DNA of 64,000 nucleotides from a virus (Duplodnaviria; Caudoviricetes): IMG/VR virus record IMGVR_UViG_3300001598_000051, positions 4,089 to 68,088 of that record; one strand, 5' to 3'. Shown piece by piece: positions 55,475 to 64,000 of this stretch (position 1 is its first letter; each line of letters starts with the position of its first letter). The notes under the pieces were generated by a model. It saw only the letters and a program-made list of their open reading frames with translations, ran no database searches and was not told where the DNA came from. The position numbers and the translations under genes were made by a program.

Positions 55475-58400
55475 TGGCAAAGTTTCAAGGTTACGATTTC
55501 GAGCAGGGAAGCAAGTACACATACGAGCTCATGAACGAGGAATCGATCACAGTAGTCTTCACAGATGTGGACGAGGTGACGATACCTCTCGGTACAGAGT
55601 ACACGCTCGGTACCATTGAAGGACTACCTGCATCAGCAGCAGGAACATATATCCTGCTCTCACCTCCGAGCGTTTCTATTAATGAAGCGACAGGAGCAAG
55701 GACATACACCGTCACGCTCGAGAAGAAATACTGGGCGCTGAAGAACTTTATTATCAAGTTCTATACAAATTACCAGGCAAACGGAGAAAACCCGGCATAC
55801 GCGAAAAGAGAGGCCTCGTGGAGCCTCACGGCACACATCGGTACCTTTGCAAAGATCATCAAGCAGAACATCACGGAGGCGAATGTTGGCATTACAGATG
55901 TGAACGTAGATGGAGTTGGAACAGGAGGCGCACAGGCGCTGTCGTTCAGCTCCACATCGATCATTGATGCGATCAACACCATTGCAGACACATGGAATAC
56001 GGAATGGTGGGTAAGCGGCAGCACACTCTACTTCGGTAAATGCATGAATGATACGAATACAATCGCAGACTTTGATGACTTTGTGGAATCATCAGAACCA
56101 GTACAGGGAACGGTGAACCCGAACCTGTGGTACGTCTTCGGATCGACGAAGAACATCCCGTACTGGTATAAGAAGACAGTCAATACGACAGGCGTAACGC
56201 TCACATTTGACAACTACAAGCACAAGCTCGGTGCAGCGCTCGCGCTCACAACGTTTGGAGAGGAAGGAACGCAGAGCCTGGTGAACGAAGGAGAGCAGAC
56301 CACGTTCATCGAGTACGGAAAGAAGGCAACAACCACAGCAGGAGCATACGTGTGGATAGACTTCGACGGATGCACTGCCAACTACGCCAAGAGCGAAGGA
56401 TTCAACGGGAAGGTGTACGCATATATACAGTACAGCGGTGACAACAAGGAGTACGTCACCATGCAGCGCATCAAGGTAAGCGACATCACAGGAGATACCA
56501 CATTCACGAAGACAAAGACATACTTCAAGACCGAGACAGGAGAAGTATATCTGCGCATGCTCATCGAGCTGCAGACAGACGATGATGACGAAATGGGATA
56601 TATCAACATATCTCCGACATTCGCGCCAAAGGTATATGCAGTAGTCAACGACGGACTGAAGCTCGGAACGCTGCCATCATCATGCTTCGAGAGCGAGCAG
56701 CTCGGAGACAACGTAATCACCAGCGCAGTCGTACAGAACAGACTCATGCTCGACGAACCTATAGACAACACGGATGGAGGAATGATCCGTGAAGGCATGA
56801 TCGTGTTTGAGGACATCTACCCGAAGTCGATCCACACCGTAGAGCTGCTCGACACCAAAGAATACTTTGATGAAGTGGAACTTGCAGACGGAACCAAGGA
56901 GAAGCGGTCATGGAGAGCATACAGAATGAAGGCACCATCCTTCCTTACCGTTGACGACATACTCAGCGGTAAGACGCTGGCCGTGCATTTCGAGACAGGA
57001 CCGCTGGCAGGCATGGAATTCGACGTATCGCTCACCAAGGAGGAATACGACGACGGAGTGCTCGAGATCATCCGCAACGACAAGTATGGAAGATCGCTGC
57101 CGGACGCAACGCTGTACCCACAGGGAACATACGCGCTGCTTAACTTCGATGTATCGTCTGGCGTAGGAGACATCATGGAAGCTGCAGAAGCAACGCTACT
57201 CGAGGAAGCTCAGGATTATATCGAGACCATCGAGAAGACAGGAGAGAACCGGGACTGCACCATGCGCGTGGATCTCGACGAAGCATACGAGATAGGTTCG
57301 GCAGTGACAACATCGCTACTGGACTATGACCATACTCGTATCGTGGGCATGGAGATACCTCTCGACATACCATACGACCATCCGAAGTATACCATCGGCA
57401 ACAGTTCAGACTACTCTCGCTTCGGAGAGCTGAAGACACAGGTGGAAGGAAGCACAAAGGACGGAACGGACTACTCTGGTGGAACCAGCATCTACGTCAT
57501 ACGCCACAACGACATGACGATACCGACAAACGACAACGTTTACTCTGCAAAGAGAGCTGATGAGAACTACCTGTCGAAGAACAACGACGATTCAGCGAAG
57601 GGATTCATCGCATTTGCCAAGGGCCTGGCTTCTATGGGTATCATCCGCAGCGTGGGGAAGGTGATCACGCTCAAGTCGTTCGAAAGCGGTGACTACAAGC
57701 GTCTCGAGACAGGATTCTACCTGGGTCCGGAATTCGACGTGGAGGAAGGTCAGAAGACAGAGAGCCGACTCGAGGTAGATAACCTATATGTGCGAAACGC
57801 AATCCAGTACAGCCAACTCAACATCAAGCGACGTACATACATCGGAGGATCACTGGCTGTGACTTGCGGATCTGCAGAGATTATAGAAGCATACTCATAC
57901 GCAGAGGCACAGGCACGCATCGCAATCATTGACGAAGAGCTGCCAAAGATCGGGTCGGCTACTACCTACGAGACTACAAGGAAGCAGGAACTAAACGCAG
58001 AGCGTACAAAGCTCGCTGCCATACCTTCAGGCACCTTCCGCTGCTGGTTCAAGAACGAGCAGGACGGGATAAAGATAAACAACGACTTTGTTGTTGGGGA
58101 TATGGCAACCAAGGAGACGCTGAACCTCCAGGAGAACTCGTACTATTGGCGTAAGGTTACAGGTGTAGGTGCTGACTACATCGACCTCTCAGCCACAGAC
58201 TGCGATACTTCGCGCACAAGCAACGATCCACAGGCAGGTGACGTAATAGTCCAGCTCGGTCACGAAAGCAACGCACTGCGACAGAATGCCATCTTTATCA
58301 AGGCAGACTCAAGCGATGCTCCGGCAATACTTACGTATCATGGCATAAGTACATATAATTTGAACGACCACGAAGCAATACTTCAGAAGTATGACAGCGA

Positions 58401-60273
58401 GAGCGGAACGATGAAGCTGACTGTGTATGGTGATTGCTATGTAGGTGATAAGTCGCAGCAGAACTTTATTAAATTCACCAATGGTGATGGCTTGGAGGTG
58501 CAGGCGAATAAAATCAAGCTACGTTCCGATGAAGGTTCATCTGCATCCGGAGGTATGATTGATATTAAGGATTTTGTAAGCAATATAAAAGATACAGATG
58601 GTACTCAGTATACGATTTGGTTTGAAGACCATGTGCCTACAAATTCTAATTCTCCGGCTATTGATTGGTCAGACTCAGAAAAAGCAGCGCATGAGGGGGA
58701 TATATTGTATTACAGAGCTGCTGGTACAGCCTACCGATATATCGGTGGTGAATGGAAGGAAATCACCGACCAGGACACAGTGAGAGCACTGGAGAAAGTA
58801 AAGGAAAAGAAGCGTGTGTTTACAGACCAGCCAGTACCTCCTTATGAGGTGGGTGACCTATGGACGAATGCGTATTTCGAGGATTCAACGCATAACTACG
58901 ATGGAGACCTCTTGAAGTGCAGAGTTAGCAAGATAGAAGGTCAGACATTCAGTATTAACGATTGGAGTAACGCCATCTTCCTCACCAAATCCGGATTCAA
59001 TCAAAATAACAACGAGATTAAGCAATGGGTTGAAGGTAAGACTAAAGACGGACTTGCATCTCTAAAGGCTGAACTGACAAATAAAATTGATAATGATGTT
59101 GCAGAAGTTGAGCAAAAGGTCACTGGAGAGTTCAATACTATCGAAGAGGCGGTAGAAGATGGCATTACTCGCATTAACGAGCTTAAGAGTACATCTGTAG
59201 CCGCGATAAATACCAGCGCACAACAAGGTGCTGCATCTGTGACAGCAACTGCGAATACTCGTAAGGAGGAAATTACAACGCTCACCAACAACGGCAAGAC
59301 GGAGATACAGCAGAAGATAACAGATGTATCGGCAACGCTTAACCAGAAGGTGACGGATGCAGGAGCTTCGGCAACGCTGGCTGCGTCATATAAATCTCAA
59401 ACGGAAAAAGCAGCAAGTGACGGAAAGGCGGCTATAGAGAAAGCAGTTACAGACTCAAGGGCTGAGTTGAAGACCTATGCAGACAACGCAAGCGCATCTG
59501 CAAGTCTTTCTTCTTCATATTCAACAACGGCATCTACTAAGGCGAGTGACGCAGAGAAGGCTAAGACAGCCGCAGAGACCGCGAAGACAGCAGCAGAGAC
59601 CGCAGCCACAAATGCAGAGAACTCAAAGAAAGCAGCAGAAACCATAAAGACAAATGTAGCAACCATTCAGACAGACGTTACATCTAAACATTCTGCAGTT
59701 ATATCTGCAGCAGGTACAGTTGCCAGTGACAAGGCAGCTGCAGAGAAAGCAAAAAGTGATGCTCTTGCAGCAGCAGAAGAAGCCTACGAGAACGGAGAGA
59801 GTGGTGGACGGGCTTACGCTAAAGCGTGGGTAGCTAATGGAGGTGCTGCTTCTGCGATAATGCAATACACAAACTCGCAGAACAAAACATTCGTTGACCT
59901 TGTTGCTGATGACATTACGTTAACTGGAAAGGTTACGTTCAATTCGTTGAATGATGTTTCAAATAGCAGTTTTTATATTAAAGATGGAGTGCTGTATGCT
60001 GGTTTTAACAACATTAGTAACGGATATGTTGTTACTGGAGAGACAAGCACAAAATTAGAAAAAGGGAAAATAACAGTAGAAACAAACAATAGAGGTGGGG
60101 GTGCAATAACAACAATAACGCCTGGTACTGTGAGTGTTGAAGGATATTATGGTAGCGGCCCAATTTCTTCTTTGACACCAACAGAGTTAACTATTAACGG
60201 AACAACAATCAAAGTCGTTACCAGCACATCTGCCATGACTGATTCTGATACAATCTACATTCTAAAGTCGTAA
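55474..60273 (+). CDS. Tail tip/host-specificity protein
   Basis: 1599 aa; Tal-like N-terminus, central beta domains, Ala/Ser/Thr-rich coiled coil (AETAKTAAET), C-terminal beta repeats. Confidence 0.75.
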   Translation: MAKFQGYDFEQGSKYTYELMNEESITVVFTDVDEVTIPLGTEYTLGTIEGLPASAAGTYILLSPPSVSINEATGARTYTVTLEKKYWALKNFIIKFYTNYQANGENPAYAKREASWSLTAHIGTFAKIIKQNITEANVGITDVNVDGVGTGGAQALSFSSTSIIDAINTIADTWNTEWWVSGSTLYFGKCMNDTNTIADFDDFVESSEPVQGTVNPNLWYVFGSTKNIPYWYKKTVNTTGVTLTFDNYKHKLGAALALTTFGEEGTQSLVNEGEQTTFIEYGKKATTTAGAYVWIDFDGCTANYAKSEGFNGKVYAYIQYSGDNKEYVTMQRIKVSDITGDTTFTKTKTYFKTETGEVYLRMLIELQTDDDDEMGYINISPTFAPKVYAVVNDGLKLGTLPSSCFESEQLGDNVITSAVVQNRLMLDEPIDNTDGGMIREGMIVFEDIYPKSIHTVELLDTKEYFDEVELADGTKEKRSWRAYRMKAPSFLTVDDILSGKTLAVHFETGPLAGMEFDVSLTKEEYDDGVLEIIRNDKYGRSLPDATLYPQGTYALLNFDVSSGVGDIMEAAEATLLEEAQDYIETIEKTGENRDCTMRVDLDEAYEIGSAVTTSLLDYDHTRIVGMEIPLDIPYDHPKYTIGNSSDYSRFGELKTQVEGSTKDGTDYSGGTSIYVIRHNDMTIPTNDNVYSAKRADENYLSKNNDDSAKGFIAFAKGLASMGIIRSVGKVITLKSFESGDYKRLETGFYLGPEFDVEEGQKTESRLEVDNLYVRNAIQYSQLNIKRRTYIGGSLAVTCGSAEIIEAYSYAEAQARIAIIDEELPKIGSATTYETTRKQELNAERTKLAAIPSGTFRCWFKNEQDGIKINNDFVVGDMATKETLNLQENSYYWRKVTGVGADYIDLSATDCDTSRTSNDPQAGDVIVQLGHESNALRQNAIFIKADSSDAPAILTYHGISTYNLNDHEAILQKYDSESGTMKLTVYGDCYVGDKSQQNFIKFTNGDGLEVQANKIKLRSDEGSSASGGMIDIKDFVSNIKDTDGTQYTIWFEDHVPTNSNSPAIDWSDSEKAAHEGDILYYRAAGTAYRYIGGEWKEITDQDTVRALEKVKEKKRVFTDQPVPPYEVGDLWTNAYFEDSTHNYDGDLLKCRVSKIEGQTFSINDWSNAIFLTKSGFNQNNNEIKQWVEGKTKDGLASLKAELTNKIDNDVAEVEQKVTGEFNTIEEAVEDGITRINELKSTSVAAINTSAQQGAASVTATANTRKEEITTLTNNGKTEIQQKITDVSATLNQKVTDAGASATLAASYKSQTEKAASDGKAAIEKAVTDSRAELKTYADNASASASLSSSYSTTASTKASDAEKAKTAAETAKTAAETAATNAENSKKAAETIKTNVATIQTDVTSKHSAVISAAGTVASDKAAAEKAKSDALAAAEEAYENGESGGRAYAKAWVANGGAASAIMQYTNSQNKTFVDLVADDITLTGKVTFNSLNDVSNSSFYIKDGVLYAGFNNISNGYVVTGETSTKLEKGKITVETNNRGGGAITTITPGTVSVEGYYGSGPISSLTPTELTINGTTIKVVTSTSAMTDSDTIYILKS

Positions 60274-60277
60274 AAAT

Positions 60278-60652
60278 ATGGGATATTCGTTACACAACTT
60301 TGGAGGAGTTTACATGAAGAACGGAGATTCTCTTGTTGAACTTTCGGTTTGGGTGGGCGGTTCAACTCCTACCAAGATATGGCCTACTGATTCAAGCGGT
60401 GGAGGAACAAGCACCAGCATTGACGTATCAGTACAGTTTGTAGGTGTTTACGCCAACTACTACGCAATGGAGTTGAAGTACAATGGAACGGGCAGTAAAT
60501 CGGTAAGCTACTCGGTAAAGTACAAGAAAGGTGACGGAAGCGAAGCAACTATGTCTGGGACAGCAGAGCTTACTGGCGGTTCCTGGGTAAGAACTGGAAC
60601 GTCTATCAACTCTACTACAACACCAACGGTAGTAAGTTCGGAGTTTAACTAA
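60278..60652 (+). CDS. Tail-associated protein
   Basis: 124 aa, TKIWP motif then a beta-rich domain. Confidence 0.6.
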   Translation: MGYSLHNFGGVYMKNGDSLVELSVWVGGSTPTKIWPTDSSGGGTSTSIDVSVQFVGVYANYYAMELKYNGTGSKSVSYSVKYKKGDGSEATMSGTAELTGGSWVRTGTSINSTTTPTVVSSEFN

Positions 60653-60659
60653 AAAATAA

Positions 60660-60752
60660 TTACTAATATTTCAATATTAGTAAAAATGCTGAATTGAATA
60701 TTAAATTTGTCCTAAAAAAAGAAAAGGTCATAAGTAAAAACACATATATTTG
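60660..60752 (+). promoter_or_regulatory. Perfect palindrome plus -7 box upstream of tail-fibre genes
   Basis: TTACTAATATT-TC-AATATTAGTAA (60660-60683); TATATTTG at 60745. Confidence 0.5.
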
Positions 60753-60765
60753 CAGCAAAAAGAAA

Positions 60766-60944
60766 TGGCGTCATATATAAAGCTACATACAGAGGTCGTT
60801 GATGGAGAGCTGAAGATTTCATCTTTCAAGACCAGCGAAAGCGTGACAAATCAGTACGATTTGAATATTATCATGCACGCTCTTTCTAGACACGAAGAAA
60901 CAGGTAGTGGTGTTTTTGCTTATGACTTTGGAATGGATTTTTGA
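60766..60944 (+). CDS. Small hypothetical protein
   Basis: Likely start MASYIK near 60766. Confidence 0.45.
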
Positions 60945-61393
60945 TTATGGCAACGATAGATGAACACATAGAGTACCTGAAGGATTCTGCAAGGTTTCCA
61001 AAGGTGAACAAGAAGGCGATAACAGACCCTACGAGTCAGTTCAGCGGGGCTGAGTACAATCGTATCATTGATGCGATGACTCAGATTCGTAGCAAGGAAG
61101 CAGAGCTAAGGAACGTAGTAAACGAGTTTACAAAGCAGAAATATGAGGTTCTTGAGCAGCCGGTATTCATGATGACCGATTCCGCGTATGACATACTTGA
61201 GGGAATCGGAGCTACTATGGAGGATGGCATCTATCTTACATATGATATGGAAAGTAGTTCTGCTGGAGTCGTAGAGTACAACGAAGAGGTAAACATTCTG
61301 CATGTAGGAGGTTCGACATATAGCGACACAAGTGGATTACTGAAACTCGCTGGAGCTACATATAACGAGAGTACAGGATATATAAAACTATAA
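60941..61393 (+). CDS. Tail-region hypothetical protein
   Basis: 150-aa ORF. Confidence 0.6.
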   Translation: MIMATIDEHIEYLKDSARFPKVNKKAITDPTSQFSGAEYNRIIDAMTQIRSKEAELRNVVNEFTKQKYEVLEQPVFMMTDSAYDILEGIGATMEDGIYLTYDMESSSAGVVEYNEEVNILHVGGSTYSDTSGLLKLAGATYNESTGYIKL

Positions 61394-61395
61394 TT

Positions 61396-62265
61396 ATGGC
61401 AAAGGCATTAAAAGGATTTGTACTTGATGATGGTACAGTAATAGGCGCAGATACTCTTACATGTCTGCAAGCGTCATACAACGATGATGGCACATTCAAG
61501 AACTTTCAGCTCGTCACAGAAGAAGGTCACAAGATAAACGTAGAGGCTGGAGACAACATTGCCTTCAAGCCTATGGGTAAGATTCAATTTGACACCAATC
61601 ACTATGCCGATGACGGAGATAAGGACGAGTTTGAAATGGCAACCATTTGCGACAAAAAGACAAAGGTAGAAGGTGTAAAGTGGGAGCTTGCGGGACTGAA
61701 GTTCATCACCGGAGCAGCAGACACGGCACGAGGATGGGCAAAAGACACCTTCAAGATGATGTTCAAGAAGGAAACTGGAGATACGGATGTATATGCCAAG
61801 CTAAATCTTCACGCAGCATCTATTGACATTCGCGCACGTTCAACCGGAGATGGAACTGGAGGAGGCATTGCGTTGCAGATCGCAGGACGAGACTCTGCCG
61901 GAAAGACAAACAAGCTGAAGGTAGAGACAGACCAAACAGTAGATGTAGAGTTTGACGATGTAGCAGGACATCACACGGGAGAAGGCGGCAAGGGAATTGA
62001 AATCGGAACATTTAATCCAAAGATGTTCTCAGCATACGCAAGAGACTACAGATTCAAACGAAGCGCAAAGGTGTATGCAGTAAAGCGAGGTACGCCGGTT
62101 CTTACTGGAGAAAAGACAGACTACCCGACACAGGCAGATGACTCAAAGGATATCAAGGACGCCAATCTGTGTGTAACATGGGATGAAATTATCAGAGGAA
62201 TACAATACCTCAAGGCGCAGGGATATATTACCGCCACACCTGAGAATCAAAGCGACATTGTATGA
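61396..62265 (+). CDS. Tail-region hypothetical protein
   Basis: 289-aa beta-rich ORF. Confidence 0.7.
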   Translation: MAKALKGFVLDDGTVIGADTLTCLQASYNDDGTFKNFQLVTEEGHKINVEAGDNIAFKPMGKIQFDTNHYADDGDKDEFEMATICDKKTKVEGVKWELAGLKFITGAADTARGWAKDTFKMMFKKETGDTDVYAKLNLHAASIDIRARSTGDGTGGGIALQIAGRDSAGKTNKLKVETDQTVDVEFDDVAGHHTGEGGKGIEIGTFNPKMFSAYARDYRFKRSAKVYAVKRGTPVLTGEKTDYPTQADDSKDIKDANLCVTWDEIIRGIQYLKAQGYITATPENQSDIV

Positions 62266-62471
62266 TAAGGAGTCCGAAATTCTATGGTGACGCTCTTCGC
62301 GTATATTTCGTAAGCGAAGGAGTTAGAAGGGAATGTACGAGAGTGATTCGCGTGGTCGGAGGCAAGGCGTATGAGATTTGGGAGAAAATCGTTGGATATA
62401 TCTTCACCAGCAGCGGCTCTGCGATACGGACCAGTAGCGGAAGTTTTATAAGAACAAAAGACCAAAAGTAA
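62262..62471 (+). CDS. Small tail-region protein
   Basis: 69 aa, ATGA overlap. Confidence 0.5.
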   Translation: MIRSPKFYGDALRVYFVSEGVRRECTRVIRVVGGKAYEIWEKIVGYIFTSSGSAIRTSSGSFIRTKDQK

Positions 62472-62472
62472 T

Positions 62473-64000
62473 ATGGCAAAGGTTGAACCATTAGACATAC
62501 CATATAGCAACGCGGAGTTTCTTTCTCTGCTGAACCGCATAGACAACAAGCCCATCGACTTATATGCCGACACAGTTGGCAACGAGACGAGGCTTCGCGT
62601 GTTCCCTGACGAGGCTCGCCGTGTAGCCTGGCTGAATGCCAGAGACAACGATGAGATGACACCTGAGATTGAGTCATATCAGTTGGGGAATTTCAAGATT
62701 GAAGACCCTTACAACATGACAGTTGCGTTCTCGTCGAACGAGCAGGTGTATCTGCGTTATGGAGATACTGGAAACAATATTCAGTTCACATTCGCGACAG
62801 TAGATGCTCATGCCAATACAATTTCAGAGTCTGTAGAGGTAACTTATCTGTTCAACAACGCAGGATCGGTCTCGCAAACAAAGAAGATATACAATTCCGG
62901 AACATCTGTTTCGATGAACATAGATGACTATATTTCTATCGGAACAAACGTAGTGACAATAACTGTCAAAGGACGATCTACCGGAGCAAGCACAATCAGG
63001 ACAGTACACTACTATGTTGTAAAGATGGATATATCAACCTCTTTCAACGTAGCCGTTCCTCAGTCACCAAACACAGGAATAATAGTTCCATTCTCTCTTT
63101 CTTGTTCAAGCGTAGGAGTCAAATATGTTCAGTTTTACATAGACGGAACTCTTGCTGAACAGATGACAACCATAGACTCACAGACGGATTCTTCTGTTGT
63201 AATCACGGCTCCATCGTCCGGAATGCACCACATGCAGATACGTGCGTATGTGGAAGCTGGAGACGGGCAGTTCTTCTCAAAGACACTATACAGAGAATTT
63301 GTAGTGACCGGACAGAGTGGAATCTTTATCATGCTTTCGCTGGATTTACCAAGTGGTCTGCTCATAGACGCAACCAAAACAAACCTTGTATTAGCGGCAG
63401 AGCAGTATGTGCAGTCAAACATCACGTGGGGATACTACAACTCAACCGGCAAGAGTGGAACTGTAAAGTGGATGCTTGGAGGAGAGAACATCAGAAGCAC
63501 AGAAGCGCAGGTTACAGACGCTGAGAGCAATGCTACACCATACATCTTGAGCTTTGTTCCAACACAGTCAGGAACGCAGGAGCTGCGTGCAGAGGTTGGT
63601 GGAGTATCGAGCGTATATTCGCTCGTAGTAAGCGTAAACTCGAGCAATATCTCTGAGGCAACCAACGGATTGAAGATCAAATTACAAGGAGTAGGACGAG
63701 CTAATAACGAGCCAAAAGACGAGCGAAACGTATGGCAGTGGGAAAACATAAAGGCTCAGTTCCCTACTGACTTTGCATGGTCAGAAAAGCAAGGATGGAG
63801 CAACTATGAATCGCTGGCAGTAAGTGGAGGAGCACAGGTTGTCATTCCGTTCGCTCCGCTCAGCAACGCGCCTCATAACTACGGAGCCACCTTCGAAATA
63901 GAGTTTGAGACCTATGACGTAGATGACGAGAATGCAGTAGTATGTTCTGTATGGGGAAACAATGCAGATGGAAATCCTTGTGGCATAAAGATTACGGCAG
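62473..64000 (+). CDS. Large tail-fibre-type protein, truncated by the window edge
   Basis: ATG 62473; the part read (MAKVEPLDIP...) is Ig-like and beta-rich; absent from the ORF track, consistent with no stop before 64000. Confidence 0.75.
   Translation, partial: MAKVEPLDIPYSNAEFLSLLNRIDNKPIDLYADTVGNETRLRVFPDEARRVAWLNARDNDEMTPEIESYQLGNFKIEDPYNMTVAFSSNEQVYLRYGDTGNNIQFTFATVDAHANTISESVEVTYLFNNAGSVSQTKKIYNSGTSVSMNIDDYISIGTNVVTITVKGRSTGASTIRTVHYYVVKMDISTSFNVAVPQSPNTGIIVPFSLSCSSVGVKYVQFYIDGTLAEQMTTIDSQTDSSVVITAPSSGMHHMQIRAYVEAGDGQFFSKTLYREFVVTGQSGIFIMLSLDLPSGLLIDATKTNLVLAAEQYVQSNITWGYYNSTGKSGTVKWMLGGENIRSTEAQVTDAESNATPYILSFVPTQSGTQELRAEVGGVSSVYSLVVSVNSSNISEATNGLKIKLQGVGRANNEPKDERNVWQWENIKAQFPTDFAWSEKQGWSNYESLAVSGGAQVVIPFAPLSNAPHNYGATFEIEFETYDVDDENAVVCSVWGNNADGNPCGIKITA

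Larger units (their letters stand above)
1..64000. mobile_element. Temperate Bacteroidales phage genome segment, circularly permuted
   Basis: Integrase, repressors, replication, terminase, portal, capsid, tail and lysis modules with no host housekeeping genes; tail-fibre genes at both window edges. Confidence 0.95.

Noticed and set aside
59540-59660. GCAGAGAC-type repeats in the tail tip gene as a DNA repeat element
   Set aside because: Explained by the Ala-rich AETAKTA coiled-coil protein repeat
1-64000. Diversity-generating retroelement targeting tail-fibre or LRR genes
   Set aside because: No reverse transcriptase ORF and no adenine-mismatched TR/VR pair seen; one could lie outside the window
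1-64000. Stop-codon recoding as in some gut phages
   Set aside because: Long genes are intact under code 11, and TAG, TGA and TAA all end genes at sensible junctions (for example TAG at 5407, 16640, 26036)
1-64000. CRISPR array or tRNA genes
   Set aside because: No regularly spaced repeat-spacer array and no cloverleaf with TTC/CCA features recognised by eye; tRNAscan would be decisive

Overview
The whole window is one temperate tailed phage (siphovirus-like) of a Bacteroidales host, probably Prevotella-like. The host call rests on TAnnTTTG promoter boxes, A-rich leaders without Shine-Dalgarno, and the integrase type. Gene order from the left: end of the tail-fibre/adhesin region (lectin-like protein, DUF285/BspA-type LRR), lysis genes, a separately promoted four-gene cassette of unknown function, tyrosine integrase, immunity region, recombination/replication genes, many small early genes, RuvC-like resolvase, an intein-containing DNA methyltransferase, terminase, portal, head, tail and tape measure, and again tail-fibre genes running off the right edge. 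The integrase has phage genes on both sides, so this looks like the excised or circular (attP-joined) form. The most striking locus is at 34.9-41.7 kb: a 1469-aa MuF-type minor head protein carrying both a papain-fold domain and an R-S-ExE ADP-ribosyltransferase. It faces a convergent, tightly packed operon encoding an ADP-ribosylglycohydrolase and small candidate immunity proteins. Other notable items are an intein with a GIY-YIG-like insert, a 7x repeated tape-measure module, a dispersed family of ~75-bp two-arm elements, a conserved ACAAAGAAC pre-start motif and two candidate structured RNAs. All product calls come from motif recognition by eye; no database search was run.
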